The position numbers and the translations under genes were made by a program. Below, piece by piece: positions 13,005 through 20,989 of a DNA stretch of 32,000 bases; within the stretch, counting starts at the first letter, position 1, and each line of letters begins with the position of its first letter. Below the pieces are notes generated by a model. It worked only from the letters and a program-made list of their open reading frames with translations, was not told the DNA's origin and did not search any database. The DNA is from Acidimicrobiales bacterium (GTDB lineage Bacteria > Actinomycetota > Acidimicrobiia > Acidimicrobiales > Aldehydirespiratoraceae), in assembly GCA_963662645.2 (NCBI GenBank), contig OY759762.1, positions 1,802,004 to 1,834,003 of the forward strand. The letters run 5' to 3'.

Positions 13005-13550
13005 GTGCTCGCGTGGATGGACTTGGAGATGACCGGCCTCGATCCCGAAGTCCACTCCATCGTCGAGATTGCCGCCCTGATCACCGACGACAACCTGGGG
13101 TTGGTGGCCAACGGGCCCGGCCTCGTCATCCATCAGCCGGCCGAGGTGCTGGACCGGATGGACGACACAGTGCGGGCCATGCACACCGACAGCGGGCTGC
13201 TGGAGAAGATTGAGGCATCAACCGTGAGCTTGGCCGAGGCCGGTGCATTGGTGCTCGCGTTCCTGCAAGAGCACATCGAGGAACCTCGCACCGTCCCGCT
13301 GTGCGGGAACTCCATCGGCACCGACCGCCGCTTCCTGGCCCGGCACCTCCCGGAGATCGACAACTTCCTGCACTACCGGTCGATCGACGTGTCGACTGTG
13401 AAAGAGCTGGCCCGCCGCTGGCAACCATCGGTGTACGAGAGCGCACCGGCCAAGGCCCGGGGCCACCGGGCCCTCGACGACATACGGGAGAGCCTCGAGG
13501 AGCTGCGCTGGTACCGCCACGCCGGATTCGTCGGCGCCCAGCCCCCATAA
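13005..13550 (+). CDS. orn: oligoribonuclease (DEDDh 3'-5' exoribonuclease)
   Basis: LAWMDLEMTGLD (exo I), CGNSIGTDRRFL (exo II), HYRSIDVSTVKEL, GHRALDDIRESLEELRWY (exo III, H-x4-D). The start is ambiguous: the track gives GTG 12981 (inside repeat copy 2); GTG 13005 or ATG 13017 give the usual short N-terminus. Confidence 0.9.
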   Translation: MLAWMDLEMTGLDPEVHSIVEIAALITDDNLGLVANGPGLVIHQPAEVLDRMDDTVRAMHTDSGLLEKIEASTVSLAEAGALVLAFLQEHIEEPRTVPLCGNSIGTDRRFLARHLPEIDNFLHYRSIDVSTVKELARRWQPSVYESAPAKARGHRALDDIRESLEELRWYRHAGFVGAQPP

Positions 13551-13555
13551 CTTCG

Positions 13556-14653
13556 ATGACCCGGACGACATACACCAGGCAGGAGCAGGAGCCCGCTTCC
13601 TCGGACGTGACCGAGGTGGCGCCGGGGGTGCTGCGGTTGCAGCTGCCCATAAGCATGCCGGGCCTCGGCCATGTCAACTGCTACGCCCTGGTCGACTCCG
13701 ACGGCGCCGCACTGGTGGATCCCGGGCTGCCCGGCGACGAGTCCTGGGCCGCGCTGGGCGACCGGCTCCGGCAGGCCGGCATTCCGCTGCGGCGGGTGCA
13801 CACCACCGTCGTCACCCACTCCCATCCCGATCACTACGGGGGCAGCCACCAGCTGCGGGAGGAGACCGGCGCCGAACTGCTGACCCACGCCGCCTTCACC
13901 TCCAGCCCCGCGGCCGACGACGCCAACGCCGACATCGACCTGGAGCTGCTGGAATTGGACCCCGACGCGCTGGTCGGTCTCTGGAAGGCGAAGCTACAAG
14001 AACGGGGCTGCACCCCCTGGGGTACCCGCCGAGAGGCGCCGCCCGACGAGGCCATCAGGCTCTTCATCCAGACCGACGTCGCAGGCAGCTTGCCCCGCTT
14101 CAGGGTGCCGGAGCCGACCATCCGGGTGGCCGACGGCGACCGCGTGCGACTAGCCGGGCGGGATTGGTTCGCGGTTCACACTCCCGGCCACACCACCGAC
14201 CACCTGTGCCTGTGGGATCCGACCGAGGGCGTGCTGCTGTCGGGCGACCACGTGCTGCCGACTATCACTCCCCACATCGCGGGCTCCACCGATCTCGACG
14301 ATCCGCTGGCGGCGTTCTTCGAGTCCCTGGAGCGGGTGGGTGCCTTTGAGGGCGTCAAAGTGTGCCTGCCCGCCCACGGTCATCCCTTCGGTGACCTGCG
14401 GGACCGCACCGCCAGCATCCGCCGCCACCACGGCGAGCGGCTCGACCGGCTCCGGGCGGCGGCAGCCGCACTGGGCCGCGCCCCGGTGGCGGCCTACATG
14501 AAGGAGTTGTTCTCCGAGCGGGCCTGGGGCGACATGGCCGCCAGCGAGACCTTCGCGCATCTGGAGCACCTGCGCGTGATCGGCGAGGCCGACAGCAGCC
14601 GCGACGGCAACGGATTGCTGCACTACCGGCTGAGAGCGAGCGCATCTAGGTGA
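13556..14653 (+). CDS. MBL-fold metallo-hydrolase
   Basis: Same frame as track ORF 13301..14653. ATG 13556 lies just after the orn stop. VVTHSHPDHYGG (HxHxDH), later HTPGHTTDH and LPAHG. Confidence 0.85.
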   Translation: MTRTTYTRQEQEPASSDVTEVAPGVLRLQLPISMPGLGHVNCYALVDSDGAALVDPGLPGDESWAALGDRLRQAGIPLRRVHTTVVTHSHPDHYGGSHQLREETGAELLTHAAFTSSPAADDANADIDLELLELDPDALVGLWKAKLQERGCTPWGTRREAPPDEAIRLFIQTDVAGSLPRFRVPEPTIRVADGDRVRLAGRDWFAVHTPGHTTDHLCLWDPTEGVLLSGDHVLPTITPHIAGSTDLDDPLAAFFESLERVGAFEGVKVCLPAHGHPFGDLRDRTASIRRHHGERLDRLRAAAAALGRAPVAAYMKELFSERAWGDMAASETFAHLEHLRVIGEADSSRDGNGLLHYRLRASASR

Positions 14654-15219
14654 GAGCTTGGCGCGCGGCCGCAGTTCTGGCCGTGACTGCGGCCGCCTGC
14701 ACGGGCGGCGCCGACGAGGAGGTCCCCAAGATCGTGCTGAGCCAGGACAGCCCGAGCTTCGTCGCGGAGACCGACATCTCGCCCGAGGTTCCCGACGACA
14801 CGAACGTGTCCGACCTCACCTTCGACCTCTTCGACGGCGGCACCGGCACCCTCGCCGACTACGCAGGCCAACCGCTGGTGGTGAACTTCTTCGCGTCGTG
14901 GTGCCCGCCCTGCGTGAGGGAGATGCCGGAGTTCCAGGAAGTCTTCGAGAGACTCGACGGTCAGGTGGCATTCCTCGGGCTCTCGCAGGACCAGTCCGCC
15001 CAAGACGCCCTCGACCTGGTGGAAACCACCGGCGTAACCTACGACGTGGGCTGGGACCTCGACCTCGAGGTCTACAAGACGACCGGAAGCATCGCCATGC
15101 CCACCACCGTGTTTGTGTCGCCCTCCGGCGAGTTGCTCGACATCTTTGCCGGCGTGCTCGACACCGAGTCACTGGCCGAGCGCATCGAGAATGCACTCGG
15201 CGTAACGGTCGGGGCGTAG
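14650..15219 (+). CDS. TlpA/ResA-like thiol-disulfide oxidoreductase, lipoprotein
   Basis: Signal peptide with lipobox (AVLAVTAAAC). Thioredoxin-fold motif VVNFFASWCPPCVREMP. The GTG start overlaps the upstream stop. Confidence 0.85.
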   Translation: MRAWRAAAVLAVTAAACTGGADEEVPKIVLSQDSPSFVAETDISPEVPDDTNVSDLTFDLFDGGTGTLADYAGQPLVVNFFASWCPPCVREMPEFQEVFERLDGQVAFLGLSQDQSAQDALDLVETTGVTYDVGWDLDLEVYKTTGSIAMPTTVFVSPSGELLDIFAGVLDTESLAERIENALGVTVGA

Positions 15220-15260
15220 ATCCATGAACCTCCACTTGGTGGTCGGGGCGTAGATCCGTG
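15207..15260 (+). repeat. 34-bp-period duplication of the tlpA-like 3' end and ccdA start context
   Basis: ggtcggggcgtagatcc followed by ATG (15207-15226), and the same 17-mer followed by GTG (15241-15260). Confidence 0.9.
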
Positions 15261-16400
15261 GACTGGGCCACCCTCGCCTACCCCTTCTCGCTGGGGCTGG
15301 TGGCAGCATTCAACCCGTGCGGCTTCGCCCTGCTGCCCGCCTACCTGGGCTACTTCATCGGCGTGGAGCAGTCCGGAGAACAGCCGACCTCGGGCGCGAA
15401 GGCGCTGGGCGCGATGTTGCGGGCCATGGCGGTGGCGCTGACACTCACCGCCGGCTTCGTTGTCGTTTTCGGCACGTTCGGTGCGCTGTTCGAGACCGTG
15501 CTCAGCCAGGGCACCGTGCTCGACCGCATCGGCTACGTAACCATCGCCATCGGCGTGATCATGGCCCTGTTGGGCGTGTGGCTGTTGATCGGGCGGGCCA
15601 TCAACCTGCGGCTGCCGAAGATGAACCGGGGCACCGGCAGCCGGAGCCTGGGATCGGTTCTCATGTTCGGTGTCAGCTACGCGGTTGTGTCGCTGTCATG
15701 CACGATCGGCCTGTTCATCGCGGCGGTGGCGGCCAGCTTCTCAACCGACGGCGTGGCCAACGGCACCGCCAACTTCATTGCCTACGGCGTCGGGATGGGC
15801 GCGGTCATCACGTTCCTGACCCTGGCATTGGCCCTGGCCCGCACCAGCGTGGTCGGGGCCATGCGCCGGATGTTCCGCTGGATCAATCCGATCTCCGGCC
15901 TGGTGCTGATCGCGTCGGGGGTCTACGTCGCCAACTACGGCTGGTGGGAGCTGCAGGTCATCGACGATCCGCGGGCCAGCAACGTCCTGGTCGAGAAGTT
16001 CACCGAGTTCCAGGCGGCGGTGAGCAACTGGATCGACCACGCCACCGCCGAGCGCATCGGCGTGCTGTGCGCCCTGGGCGTTCTCGGCGTGCTAGTGATG
16101 GGCTGGCGTCAGGGCGCGACCAGCGTGCTGATGCGCCGCACGGTGACCGCCGCCTATGCGGCCCTGTACCTGCTGGTGGAGTTCTACTTCAACCAGGGCG
16201 ACTTCTTGGTCCTGCCGGTGCTTCGCTTCGCGGCGGGCTGGCCGCAGCGGGTCGGCCACTGGTTCACCGATCCGGCCCGTTTCGGAGTCCCGCTGGAGAT
16301 CCTGTTCACTGCTCTGGTGGCATGGATCGCATGGCGGGTCGTGAAACATGTCCGGCACCGGGCGCGTCCAGCGCCGACTGCGTTCAGCCCACCGCGTTGA
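15258..16400 (+). CDS. ccdA: cytochrome c biogenesis CcdA/DsbD-family membrane protein with an extra C-terminal membrane region
   Basis: LGLVAAFNPCGFALLPAYLGYF (the first conserved Cys in an NPC motif) and a second Cys in VSLSCTIGLF. At 380 aa it is about 130 aa longer than typical CcdA, with additional hydrophobic helices. Confidence 0.85.
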   Translation: MDWATLAYPFSLGLVAAFNPCGFALLPAYLGYFIGVEQSGEQPTSGAKALGAMLRAMAVALTLTAGFVVVFGTFGALFETVLSQGTVLDRIGYVTIAIGVIMALLGVWLLIGRAINLRLPKMNRGTGSRSLGSVLMFGVSYAVVSLSCTIGLFIAAVAASFSTDGVANGTANFIAYGVGMGAVITFLTLALALARTSVVGAMRRMFRWINPISGLVLIASGVYVANYGWWELQVIDDPRASNVLVEKFTEFQAAVSNWIDHATAERIGVLCALGVLGVLVMGWRQGATSVLMRRTVTAAYAALYLLVEFYFNQGDFLVLPVLRFAAGWPQRVGHWFTDPARFGVPLEILFTALVAWIAWRVVKHVRHRARPAPTAFSPPR

Positions 16401-17023
16401 ACGGGGGTTTCTCCGCCCTGCTCGCCCACCCGGGCGTGGACGAGGTGTGCGAGTTGCGCAGCGGGTTCGGGCTGATGGCGTTCCACGGCGGCAACCTGGA
16501 GCGCACCACCGACGTGATCGCCCAGGAGGTCGCCCGACGCAGCGGGGCCTCCCTGTACGCCGTGATCCAGCACGCCCCGCTGCGAGAGCACGTGCCCTCC
16601 ATCACCATCCGGCCCGAGCATTCGGCGCGGCTCCAGCAATTCCTCGACCATGTCCACACGGTGATCGCCGTACACGGCTACGGCCGCGAGACCCAGTTCT
16701 GGAACGTGCTGCTGGGTGGCCGCAACCGAGCGCTGGCCACCCACTTGGCCAAGCACCTGCGGGCCGCTCTTCCAGACGCCTTCGGAGTAATTGACGACCT
16801 CTCCGAGATCCCACGCGGGCTGAGAGGCCTGCACGAGGACAACCCGGTGAACCTGCCCTCCAACGCCGGCGTCCAGTTGGAGCTTCCCCCCACCATCCGC
16901 TGGAACAAGGAGGCCCGCAACTGGTCCGACCACGAGGGCACGCCCCGGGCACCCCAGGTCAGCATCCTGATCGACGCGCTGGTCGACGCTGTCGACTCCT
17001 GGCCCGCCCTGTCTGGGAGTTAG
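16397..17023 (+). CDS. poly-gamma-glutamate hydrolase-like (UPF0714 / YjqB-like) family protein
   Basis: This is the 3' third of the artefactual track ORF 15317..17023. GLMAFHGGNLERTTDVIAQEVA, VIAVHGY and LLGGRN fit the family pattern as I recall it. The start is uncertain (TTG 16397 overlapping the ccdA stop, or GTG 16436/16445). Confidence 0.55.
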   Translation: MNGGFSALLAHPGVDEVCELRSGFGLMAFHGGNLERTTDVIAQEVARRSGASLYAVIQHAPLREHVPSITIRPEHSARLQQFLDHVHTVIAVHGYGRETQFWNVLLGGRNRALATHLAKHLRAALPDAFGVIDDLSEIPRGLRGLHEDNPVNLPSNAGVQLELPPTIRWNKEARNWSDHEGTPRAPQVSILIDALVDAVDSWPALSGS

Positions 17024-17670
17024 GGGGCTAGGCGCTCGATCACCCAGCCCGCGTGCGACTCGGAGTCCGACCGCCGGTAGCGCAGGCGGTCGTGCAGGCG
17101 GCTGCGCCGGCCCTGCCAGAACTCAACGGTGTGGGGCCGCACCAGGTAGCCGCCCCAATGCGGGGGCCTCGTAACAGCCTCGTCTGCGGCGAAGCGAGCC
17201 TCCGTCTCGGCCGTGAGGCGCTCCAGCTCGGCCCGGTCGGCGATCAACTGCGACTGCGGCGAAGCGCTCGCCGCGATCTGGGCACCCCGGGGCCGCGACG
17301 CGAAGTAGGCGTCACTCTCGTCGTCGGGCAGGTGCTCGACCGTGCCCACCACCCGCACCTGGCGCTCCACGGGATGCCACAGGAAGCACAGCGCGGCCCG
17401 GCCGGAGGTCTCCAGGTCCAGCCCCTTGGCTGAACGGCGGTTGGTGTGGAACACGAAGCCCCGCTCATCCAGCCCCTTCAACAGCACAGCCCGAGCCGAG
17501 GGCCAGCCCTCGGCATCGGTGGTGGCCAGGATCACCGCGTTGGCGTCGTAGGGCCTCGCCGATAGCCACTCATCGAACCAGCGCCTGAACTGGACGATGG
17601 GATCGTCGACGACATCGGCCTCGCTAAGCCCCACTTCGGAGTAGCGCTCGCGCATCCGGGCCAGGTCCAC
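17020..17670 (-). CDS. pdxH: pyridoxamine 5'-phosphate oxidase
   Basis: PIVQFRRWFDEW, VLLKGLDERGFVFHTN, RQVRVVGTVE, YFASRPRGAQIAA, WGGYLVRPHTVEFWQGRRSRLHDRLRY. These are canonical PdxH blocks. Confidence 0.9.
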   Translation of the reverse strand: MDLARMRERYSEVGLSEADVVDDPIVQFRRWFDEWLSARPYDANAVILATTDAEGWPSARAVLLKGLDERGFVFHTNRRSAKGLDLETSGRAALCFLWHPVERQVRVVGTVEHLPDDESDAYFASRPRGAQIAASASPQSQLIADRAELERLTAETEARFAADEAVTRPPHWGGYLVRPHTVEFWQGRRSRLHDRLRYRRSDSESHAGWVIERLAP

Positions 17671-17718
17671 GCCCCGACTCTACGGGTAGGCCGGGTCCTC
17701 CGGCCTCGCCGAAGCCGT

Positions 17719-19002
17719 CTACGCGCCGATGGTGGTGACACCGCCCATGTAGGCCTGCAGCGCCTCGGGGACGGCCACTGAGCCGTCAGGCTGGCGGTAC
17801 GTCTCGACCAGCGCGGCCCACACCCGGGGCACGGCCAGCCCCGACCCGTTGAGGCTGTGCGCCATCTTGGTGCGCCCCCCAGACGCCGGGCGGTAGCGGA
17901 TGTCGGCTCTCCGGGTCTGGTAGTCGCGGCACCACGACACGCTCGAAACCTCCAGCCACCGGTCCGAGCCGGGCGCATAGGCCTCGATGTCGAACGTGCG
18001 GGCCGAGGCATCGCCCAGATCGGCGGCGCACAGGTCGAGCACCCGATGGGCCAGTCCGAGATCGGCGATGGCCCTCTCGGCCCGGTCGAGGATCTCAGCG
18101 TGGATGTCGGCAGCCTGCGCGGGCGTGCAGAACCCGTAGAGCTCCACCTTGTCGAACTCATGGACGCGCAGCAGCCCACGGGTCTCTCGTCCGGCAGACC
18201 CCGCCTCGCGTCGGAAGCAGGACGTGTGGCCCATCAACCTCACCGGCAACGTTTCCTCGTCGACGATCTCGCCGGACAGCAGCGACGTCAGCGGCACCTC
18301 GGCGGTGGGAATGGCCCACAGCCCGTCGCGCTCGAGATGGTAGGCATCGTCGGAGAACTTGGGCAGATGGCCGGTGCTGGTCATGGTCTCGGTGCGCACC
18401 AGCGTGGGCGGCCGGATCTCCTCGTACAGGTCGCGGTTGCGGTCCAGCCCGTAGTCGATCAGGGCCCGCACCAGCCTGGCTCCGAGCCCGCGGTACATGG
18501 CGAACATCGCACCCGACATGCGCACCGCCCGATCGATGTCGAGGATGCCAAGCTCGGTGCCGATGTCCCAGTGCGGCACCCGCTGATGGTCGCCGTAGGA
18601 GCCCGGGTCGTAGCCGACGGTGCGCGCCACGACGTTGTCGTCGGGACCCGCCCCGTCGGGACAGTCGTCCGCGGGCATGTTGGGCACGAACAGCAGGATC
18701 CGGCGGATCCACTCCGAGAGCTGGTCGGCCTCGGCGGAGAGCTCGTCGATGCGGGCGCCGAGCTCGCGGCTGCGAGCCCGCAACTCCTCAGCCTCGTCGG
18801 CTCGCCCATCGCGGAACAGCGCGCCGACCTCGGCGGAGATGCGCTTCACCTCGGCTCGCAATTCGTCGGCCTCGCTGACCACACTTCGGCGGCGCTCGTC
18901 GTGTTTGACGACCTGATCGAGAGGCTCCGTGGGCTCGCCACGACGGGCGACCGCGGCCTTGACGGTGTCGGGCTCGGTCCTCAGCAGGCGCAGGTCCAGC
19001 AC
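17719..19002 (-). CDS. serS: serine--tRNA ligase
   Basis: MLDLRLLR with an N-terminal coiled-coil arm. Class II motifs: HTSCFRREAGSAGRETRGLLRVHEFDKVE (motif 2) and HSLNGSGLAVPRVWAALVE (motif 3). GTG start; an in-frame TGA lies 21 nt upstream. Confidence 0.95.
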   Translation of the reverse strand: MLDLRLLRTEPDTVKAAVARRGEPTEPLDQVVKHDERRRSVVSEADELRAEVKRISAEVGALFRDGRADEAEELRARSRELGARIDELSAEADQLSEWIRRILLFVPNMPADDCPDGAGPDDNVVARTVGYDPGSYGDHQRVPHWDIGTELGILDIDRAVRMSGAMFAMYRGLGARLVRALIDYGLDRNRDLYEEIRPPTLVRTETMTSTGHLPKFSDDAYHLERDGLWAIPTAEVPLTSLLSGEIVDEETLPVRLMGHTSCFRREAGSAGRETRGLLRVHEFDKVELYGFCTPAQAADIHAEILDRAERAIADLGLAHRVLDLCAADLGDASARTFDIEAYAPGSDRWLEVSSVSWCRDYQTRRADIRYRPASGGRTKMAHSLNGSGLAVPRVWAALVETYRQPDGSVAVPEALQAYMGGVTTIGA

Positions 19003-19030
19003 GCCGCAGACGGTACCGGCTCAACTCCTT

Positions 19031-19204
19031 CGCGAGAACTTCACCCGCGTTGCCCGGCCAGGACATCCACGGCAACAAGGTCCGCGCCGCCGGGTTCAGC
19101 TCCCGCGCGAGAACCTCGCCTGGCGTTGTCAATTCGTATCGAGGGTTCACGGTACGTCTCAGACCTGCTATAATGGTTACGAGAACTTCACCCGGCGTTT
19201 GTCT
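19031..19204. repeat. three copies of a motif of about 20 nt, GAGAAC(T/C)TC(A/G)CC..GCGTT, spaced 75 and 72 bp apart
   Basis: cgcGAGAACTTCACCCGCGTTGcc (19031-19054), cgcGAGAACCTCGCCTGGCGTTGtc (19106-19130), tacGAGAACTTCACCCGGCGTTTgtc (19178-19204). Copies 1 and 3 share an identical 13-mer. Confidence 0.85.
19146..19174 (+). promoter_or_regulatory. sigma-70/SigA-type promoter with extended -10 (TTCACG, 17 nt spacer, TGC-TATAAT)
   Basis: Perfect TATAAT at 19169-19174 preceded by TGc (19166-19168). TTCACG at 19146-19151 matches TTGACA at 4 of 6 positions, exactly 17 nt upstream. The predicted start site near 19181 coincides with repeat copy 3 and leaves a leader of about 183 nt before ATG 19364. 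Confidence 0.45.
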
Positions 19205-19363
19205 GTTCGCAAAGCCGTGGTTTTGCACACCTGTGGAAGACCTGCCATGATGGCGAGTCCCCGATAGGCGCCAACAACGGACCGACGCCCGCGGCCTGGC
19301 CTCCGGAGGCCGGCTCGCTAGGTGGACGGTCTCGGTACCAGCTAGAGGGACATTGAGAGAGAT

Positions 19364-20911
19364 ATGACAAGCACAAACCAGAACAAGATCCGCCGACCAA
19401 AGTACGAACCCACCGCCCGGGAGCGATTAGTCCTCGATCAGGTCGAGAACCCCCGCTACGACCGGCAGATCGTCAACGGCCTCGACCCGTTCATCGACGA
19501 GGGCGCGCCCGCCGACATGGAGGGCTTCTACACCCAGGAGGAGCTGGCTGAACTGGGGAAGCTCCGCGGCACCGACCGCGACGTCGAGGCCCGGATGCCG
19601 GTGAAGATAACCCGCCACTACTTCGAGATGGCCAAGGCCAGCCCGGCGCTGCAGACGCTCGTCAAGGCCTCCGCCGACGAGACGGCCAACCTCGAGGGCG
19701 ACGAGGACCCCGCCGGCCAGCTCGACTACAGCCCTGTCGAGGGCCTTCTCCACAAGTACGAGATGGCCCTGCTGTACGTGATATCCACCTGCTCGGCCCA
19801 CTGCCGGTTCTGCTATCGCGAGGAGCTGATAGCCCGCAAGGACATCGCCAGGGCCGACGGCACCGTCAAGAAGAAAGGCCTCGCCCAGCTCAAGGAAGTG
19901 ACCGACTACATCAGGGCCCACAACGCCGCAGTCGAGGCCAACGGGGGCGAGCACCCCGAGACCGGCCGGCCCAAGCTGCGCGAGATCCTGCTCTCGGGCG
20001 GCGATCCGATGGTGCTGCCCAACTCCAAGCTGGCCGGCTGGTTCACCGCGCTGGCCGAGGCCGGGGCGGAGGTGATCAGAGTGGGCACAAAGGAGCTGGC
20101 CTTCCATCCCGACCGCTTCGACGACGCGTTCATGTCGATGCTCGACCGGTTCCACGAGGTCTACCCGGACGTGGCCCTCCGTCTGATGGTCCACTTCAAC
20201 CATCCCGACGAGCTGCTGACCAAGGCAAGCGACGGAAGCTACGTCAAGAGCGAGCACGGCCAGTACCAGTGGCACCCCCGCGTCAAGCGGGCCGTGGAGG
20301 CGGTCACCTCCAGGGGCTGGATCTGCGTCGAGAACCAGTCGCCGATCATCCGGGGCGTCAACGACGATCCCGACGCCCTCAGGATCCTGCAGCGGACTCT
20401 CAAGGCGGCCCGCATCGAGAACCACTACTTCTTCGGCGGGCGCAACATCGTCGCCTACAAGGCGTTCAACGTGCCTGTCGAGACCGCCTGGCGCATCCTC
20501 AACGAGTCCCAGCAGGGACTCTCGGGGGTGGAGGCCCACGCCCGGCTCACCCTGGTGCACTTCAAGGGCAAGACCGAGGTGGCCACGGTCACCGACGAGC
20601 CGATCCCGGGCGTGCCCGGCGCTGAGAACGGCGTGGTGGTGTTCAAGGTGCTCCGCAGCCCGGCCGATGCAGGCGACCGGGGCAAGACGGCCATCGTCGG
20701 GCGCAACCCCGAGGCGCTGTGGTTCGACGACTACGACGACAGGGTCATCATCGACGAGGCCGGCCTGTTCAACTTCCAGAGGCCCCAACGGGTGCGGATA
20801 CCCGTCGCCCGGGAGAGCTCAACCGCCGCGGGCACTCGCCGCACGCCGGCACAGCGCCACCGCGACGAGGAGCTCCACAAGCACCGCACCGCGCCCGCGT
20901 CCAGCACCTAG
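19364..20911 (+). CDS. KamA-family radical SAM protein (lysine 2,3-aminomutase-like), divergent
   Basis: VKITRHYFEMA, GLLHKYEMALLYVISTCSAHCRFCYR (CX3CX2C), ILLSGGDPMVL, VHFNHPDEL, NQSPIIRGVNDD and FKGKTEV aligning with the GGGK PLP-lysine block. It also has an insertion of roughly 20 aa after the Cys motif and a basic, low-complexity C-terminal tail. Confidence 0.85.
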   Translation: MTSTNQNKIRRPKYEPTARERLVLDQVENPRYDRQIVNGLDPFIDEGAPADMEGFYTQEELAELGKLRGTDRDVEARMPVKITRHYFEMAKASPALQTLVKASADETANLEGDEDPAGQLDYSPVEGLLHKYEMALLYVISTCSAHCRFCYREELIARKDIARADGTVKKKGLAQLKEVTDYIRAHNAAVEANGGEHPETGRPKLREILLSGGDPMVLPNSKLAGWFTALAEAGAEVIRVGTKELAFHPDRFDDAFMSMLDRFHEVYPDVALRLMVHFNHPDELLTKASDGSYVKSEHGQYQWHPRVKRAVEAVTSRGWICVENQSPIIRGVNDDPDALRILQRTLKAARIENHYFFGGRNIVAYKAFNVPVETAWRILNESQQGLSGVEAHARLTLVHFKGKTEVATVTDEPIPGVPGAENGVVVFKVLRSPADAGDRGKTAIVGRNPEALWFDDYDDRVIIDEAGLFNFQRPQRVRIPVARESSTAAGTRRTPAQRHRDEELHKHRTAPASST

Positions 20912-20989
20912 AGGCCGAGCGACATCAGGCCGCGGCCTGAGCGGCCCATGAGCGAAGCGAGCAAGAGCGCGAGCTAGAGGCGCTCGGAT

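Noticed and set aside
10838-13213. Plus-strand ORFs 10838..11338, 10840..11583, 11746..12351 and 11867..13213 over the IS and dut
   Set aside because: They are antisense to the transposase and dut, both of which have clear family signatures. The 5' parts simply translate the G-run tract (poly-Gly, Trp and Val).
15317-17023. 568-aa plus-strand ORF spanning ccdA and the downstream gene
   Set aside because: The first two thirds are an alternative frame of ccdA (Arg/Gly/Pro-rich and non-membrane). Only the last 208 codons or so (from about 16397) give a sensible protein, so I annotated that part alone.
18788-19228. 146-aa minus-strand ORF with a repeated PGEVL peptide upstream of and overlapping serS
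   Set aside because: The peptide repeat is just the translation of the three DNA motifs. The ORF overlaps the serS 5' end in another frame and has no recognisable start context or domain.
19003-19363. T-box leader for serS or a known riboswitch (L-box, glycine, SAM-IV, ykkC or mini-ykkC) for the KamA-like gene
   Set aside because: Only fragmentary resemblances exist (GGTACCG near the serS start; CTAGG...GGTCTCGG on the plus strand). I could not find the T-box 14-mer, specifier-loop architecture or riboswitch core consensus by eye. The region is kept only as an unclassified leader and repeat region.
20912-20989. Bidirectional terminator between the convergent KamA-like and oxidoreductase genes (palindrome caggccgcggcctg at 20926-20939; gagcgc...gcgctc stem near 20963-20983)
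   Set aside because: The stems are short (5-6 bp usable) with no flanking T or A tracts, which is not enough to call an intrinsic terminator.
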